Assembly (NCBI GenBank): GCA_900617105.1
Contig: UYFQ01000737.1
Span: forward strand, 1-53,594
DNA from: Hydrurus foetidus
Taxonomy: Eukaryota
Reading direction: 5' to 3'
DNA: 53,594 nucleotides
A program made the translations under genes and the position numbers. How positions within the stretch are numbered: the first letter of the stretch is position 1; every line of letters starts with the position of its first letter. This document shows positions 50,941 to 53,594 of the stretch, piece by piece. The notes beneath the pieces were generated by a model. It made no database searches. It saw only the letters and a list, made by a program, of their open reading frames with translations, and was not told where the DNA came from.

Positions 50941-51225
50941 TCACTTGCTCAGTTTGCGTGCAACGGGTTTGCGGGCGGGCTGGCCTTGGGCTCGCGCGGT
51001 GAGGTAGGCCTTGGCGTCATCCCACGCCACGGTTTTGCCGCTGGCTTGGATGTGGCCCCAGCGTTGGTCGGCCAGTGTGTTGAAAGCGTTGTCCAACTCC
51101 ACTTGCTCTGCGGTTTGCGAGATCGCGTCCAGGATGAACGCATGGGCGGTTTTGCCAGCCTGCTGTGCGGCTATGGCTACACGGGCTTTGAGCTCGTCTT
51201 CAATGCGGATGGTGGTGGTGGACAT
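50941..51225 (-). CDS. CopG/ribbon-helix-helix antitoxin
   Basis: STTTIRIEDELKARV...AHAFILDAI; directly upstream of parE. Confidence 0.85.
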   Translation of the reverse strand: MSTTTIRIEDELKARVAIAAQQAGKTAHAFILDAISQTAEQVELDNAFNTLADQRWGHIQASGKTVAWDDAKAYLTARAQGQPARKPVARKLSK

Positions 51226-51298
51226 GCGTGTGGTGTTGCGCGGTAGTGCGGGGGGATTGGCATACTATTCCCACGGTTCAAAAAAATAGGAGACAACC

Positions 51299-51697
51299 AT
51301 GTTCAGTCACGTGATGCTCGGTGTGAGCGATCTTGAGGTTTCCAAGAAGTTTTACGACGCGCTCTTGGGCACGCTGGGCATTGGCCCCGGCATTGCCAGC
51401 CACAACGGCATTTGTGGCCGCTACTTCTACCGCAGCCCGGCGGGCAGCTTCGGCATCACCGAGCCACTGAATGGCGAGCCGGCCACCTACGGCAATGGCA
51501 GTACCGTTGGTTTCAAGATGGAATCGGCCGAGCAGGCCGCGGCCTTCCACGCGGCGGGCGTGGCCCATGGCGGCACCAGCTGCGAAGAGCCGCCCGGCTG
51601 GCGCGACAACGGCGTGGGCACGCTCTACTTGGCCTACCTGCGCGACCCGGACGGCAACAAGATTTGCGCGCTGCACCGGCCGCCCAAGCCGGCCTGA
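51299..51697 (+). CDS. VOC (glyoxalase/bleomycin resistance) family protein
   Basis: FSHVMLGVSDL, YLRDPDGNKICA; RBS AGGAG. Confidence 0.9.
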   Translation: MFSHVMLGVSDLEVSKKFYDALLGTLGIGPGIASHNGICGRYFYRSPAGSFGITEPLNGEPATYGNGSTVGFKMESAEQAAAFHAAGVAHGGTSCEEPPGWRDNGVGTLYLAYLRDPDGNKICALHRPPKPA

Positions 51698-51757
51698 GCT
51701 GCGGCTTTTGATCACCCTATGCACCTCCCCATTCCCCGCGCCCTGGGCGCTTTTGTA

Positions 51758-53594
51758 ATGCTGTCCTTCTTTAGCTCCTTGCTCGGCGCCAAGCCGCCGG
51801 GCGACTACCCCCACCTGTACGAGAACACGGCCGCATCGGCCACGCTGGAGGCGCGCATGGTGCTGCGCGGCCATGTGGATGGGCTGTTTGCCATTCCGCG
51901 CACACGGCAAGTGGTGGCGGCTGCAGGGGGCACCCTGTGGAAGTTCAGTGCGCAGGGGGAGTTGCAGGATTCGCTGCGGGAGCCATCAGACTTGTTCACC
52001 TCGGGCATTGCGTTCTCGCCGCTGTATTACATCGACTGGGTGTTCACCGGCGACCGGCAGCGCAAGGCCTATGGCCCGCCGCTGAATGGCAACGCGCTGA
52101 GCCCCACCGCGCTGCGGGCCACGCTAGACAAGGCAGATGTGGTGGAGTTTGGCAACACCGACACCACGGCCTGGGCCTATGTGTGGAAGGCGGGCAAGGC
52201 GCAGATTATGGACATCACCGCCCACCACGATGATGTGGACGACTATTGCAACCAGCGCACGCATTCGGCCGAAGCACTGCGCTGGAAAGCCACCTGCCTG
52301 AAGGACCACCGCACCCGGCCCCAGGCCTGGAAAGAGGTGGAGCCCGAGCAGTTTCAGGGCTACAGCGACAGCCCGCCCCCGCGCGCCACCGTGGTGGACT
52401 TTGACCGGCGCAAATACCACTTCGAAGAAGGCATTGGCGGGCAGGTGTTTGGTGCCACCATTGGCCTGGGGCTGAAGGCCCTTGGCGTGCCCGGCAGCCT
52501 GCCGGGGCGCTACTGGTTTGGCGATGCGTACACGCAGCTGCATGTGGGCAAGGATGTCATCAAGTTCAAGGCTTTTGTGGCCAACGAGAACGGCTACCGC
52601 TTTGCCGACATGCGCTGGTGGGACCCCGCGTCCACGGTGCCGGGCGCTAGCCCCTGGTTTACGCAGCACATGCGCACCTACCAGCAGCGCGCGGGCGAAT
52701 CGGCGCTGCTGCCTTTTTACGAAAAAGACATTGGCCTGTATGTGGTGCGCCCCAAGGGCACCGGCCAGCCGGCCGCCACACAGGGCCTGATGCCCGAGTG
52801 GCGCCCGGTGTTTGAGGGGCCCAAGGGCAATGGTGCGGCGGTAACGGGCATGGTGGAATTTGCCACGCAGACACCCGCCACCCCGCCCGCCCACTACTGG
52901 CTGCGCACGCCCAAGTTCAAACGCTATGCGGACCAGGGCCCCACGGTGGACGTGCTGGCGCTGTGGCCCAACCTGCGCCAGGTTCCCACGGCGCTGGTGG
53001 TGCAGTGGAACAAGTCGTACGACGAAGAGACCACGGTGCTGCGCGTGGCGCTGGACGTGGAAGAGACCACCACGGCCTTCAACAAGTTGCGCACCAACAA
53101 GGTACAGACCACGCCGCTGGAGCTGGTGGTGCAGGTGCCCGATATCAGCGGGCCCATGGACGCCATGCAGGTGCAACTGCGCAGTGGCAACACGGCGCTG
53201 CCACTGACCAAGGCGCGCTTCACCTATGTGGTGAAGCCGCCGGTGGAAAAGGTGTCTGACCACGTACTGCGCGGCGTGCTGCAAACCGCCACGGCCGCCG
53301 CCAAGGTGCCGGGCGCTGCGGGCCTGCCGCCTTTCCTGAAGCAGGCGCAGTCGTTGGCGCAAGACAAAGAGCACGCCGAGGCGCTGTCGCCCAACGTCAC
53401 AGCGGCCTATGCGGAGCTGATCAACGCCTACAACGGGCAGAAGGATTTCAAGGCGGCGGGCATGCTGGTGCGGCACTACCTGAAAGAAGTGCACCCGTAC
53501 ATTGGCCACTACAGCAAAGACCCCACCCAGCCCTACAACATCACCGTCATCGCCAGCCAGACGCTGGCCATTGCCGCCATGCTGGCACCGCAAG
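51758..53594 (+). CDS. Large hypothetical protein running off the window (>600 aa; alternative start 51719)
   Basis: Frame MLSFFSSLLGAKPPGDYPHLYE... with strong GC3 bias; the long minus-strand ORF 52124..53593 is its shadow. Confidence 0.75.
   Translation, partial: MLSFFSSLLGAKPPGDYPHLYENTAASATLEARMVLRGHVDGLFAIPRTRQVVAAAGGTLWKFSAQGELQDSLREPSDLFTSGIAFSPLYYIDWVFTGDRQRKAYGPPLNGNALSPTALRATLDKADVVEFGNTDTTAWAYVWKAGKAQIMDITAHHDDVDDYCNQRTHSAEALRWKATCLKDHRTRPQAWKEVEPEQFQGYSDSPPPRATVVDFDRRKYHFEEGIGGQVFGATIGLGLKALGVPGSLPGRYWFGDAYTQLHVGKDVIKFKAFVANENGYRFADMRWWDPASTVPGASPWFTQHMRTYQQRAGESALLPFYEKDIGLYVVRPKGTGQPAATQGLMPEWRPVFEGPKGNGAAVTGMVEFATQTPATPPAHYWLRTPKFKRYADQGPTVDVLALWPNLRQVPTALVVQWNKSYDEETTVLRVALDVEETTTAFNKLRTNKVQTTPLELVVQVPDISGPMDAMQVQLRSGNTALPLTKARFTYVVKPPVEKVSDHVLRGVLQTATAAAKVPGAAGLPPFLKQAQSLAQDKEHAEALSPNVTAAYAELINAYNGQKDFKAAGMLVRHYLKEVHPYIGHYSKDPTQPYNITVIASQTLAIAAMLAPQ

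Noticed and set aside
52124..53593. 489-aa minus-strand ORF
   Set aside because: Shadow frame of the plus-strand gene, which has the proper GC3 bias

Overview
High-GC betaproteobacterial chromosome segment that looks like Comamonadaceae (inferred from gene order and repeats). It has three zones. (1) 1-14.4 kb, core genes: sucD, sucC, argC, recX, recA (with an SOS box), MarR, a TctD/TctE-like two-component pair, a SPOR protein, birA, a SET-domain protein, topB-SWIB, a CDF transporter and TIGR00645. Several of these carry small indels that are probably assembly errors. (2) 14.4-31 kb, an amino-sugar (GlcNAc-type) uptake and catabolism cluster: ABC transporter, BadF kinase, SIS deaminase, nagA, GntR/NagQ with direct-repeat operators, a binding protein plus two-component sensor unit, and AraC/GyrI and MBL/GlxA pairs. 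(3) 31-52 kb, an accessory defence/toxin-antitoxin island. It holds a wHTH-DUF3800 operon with a structured antisense small RNA candidate, a lower-GC Sir2-HerA-KTSC-(CorA-like) operon whose herA is split by an IS3 element, DUF2130 with a duplicated 3' end, PIN/HTH, GSU2403 nucleotidyltransferase, Fic, YjjJ/HipA and ParE/RHH modules, and many internally deleted gene remnants. A ~55-60 bp dispersed repeat sits at gene 3' ends throughout this zone. The best candidates for undescribed systems are the extended Sir2-HerA-KTSC-membrane protein operon and the DUF3800 plus antisense RNA unit. All family assignments come from motifs recognised by eye; no database search was run.
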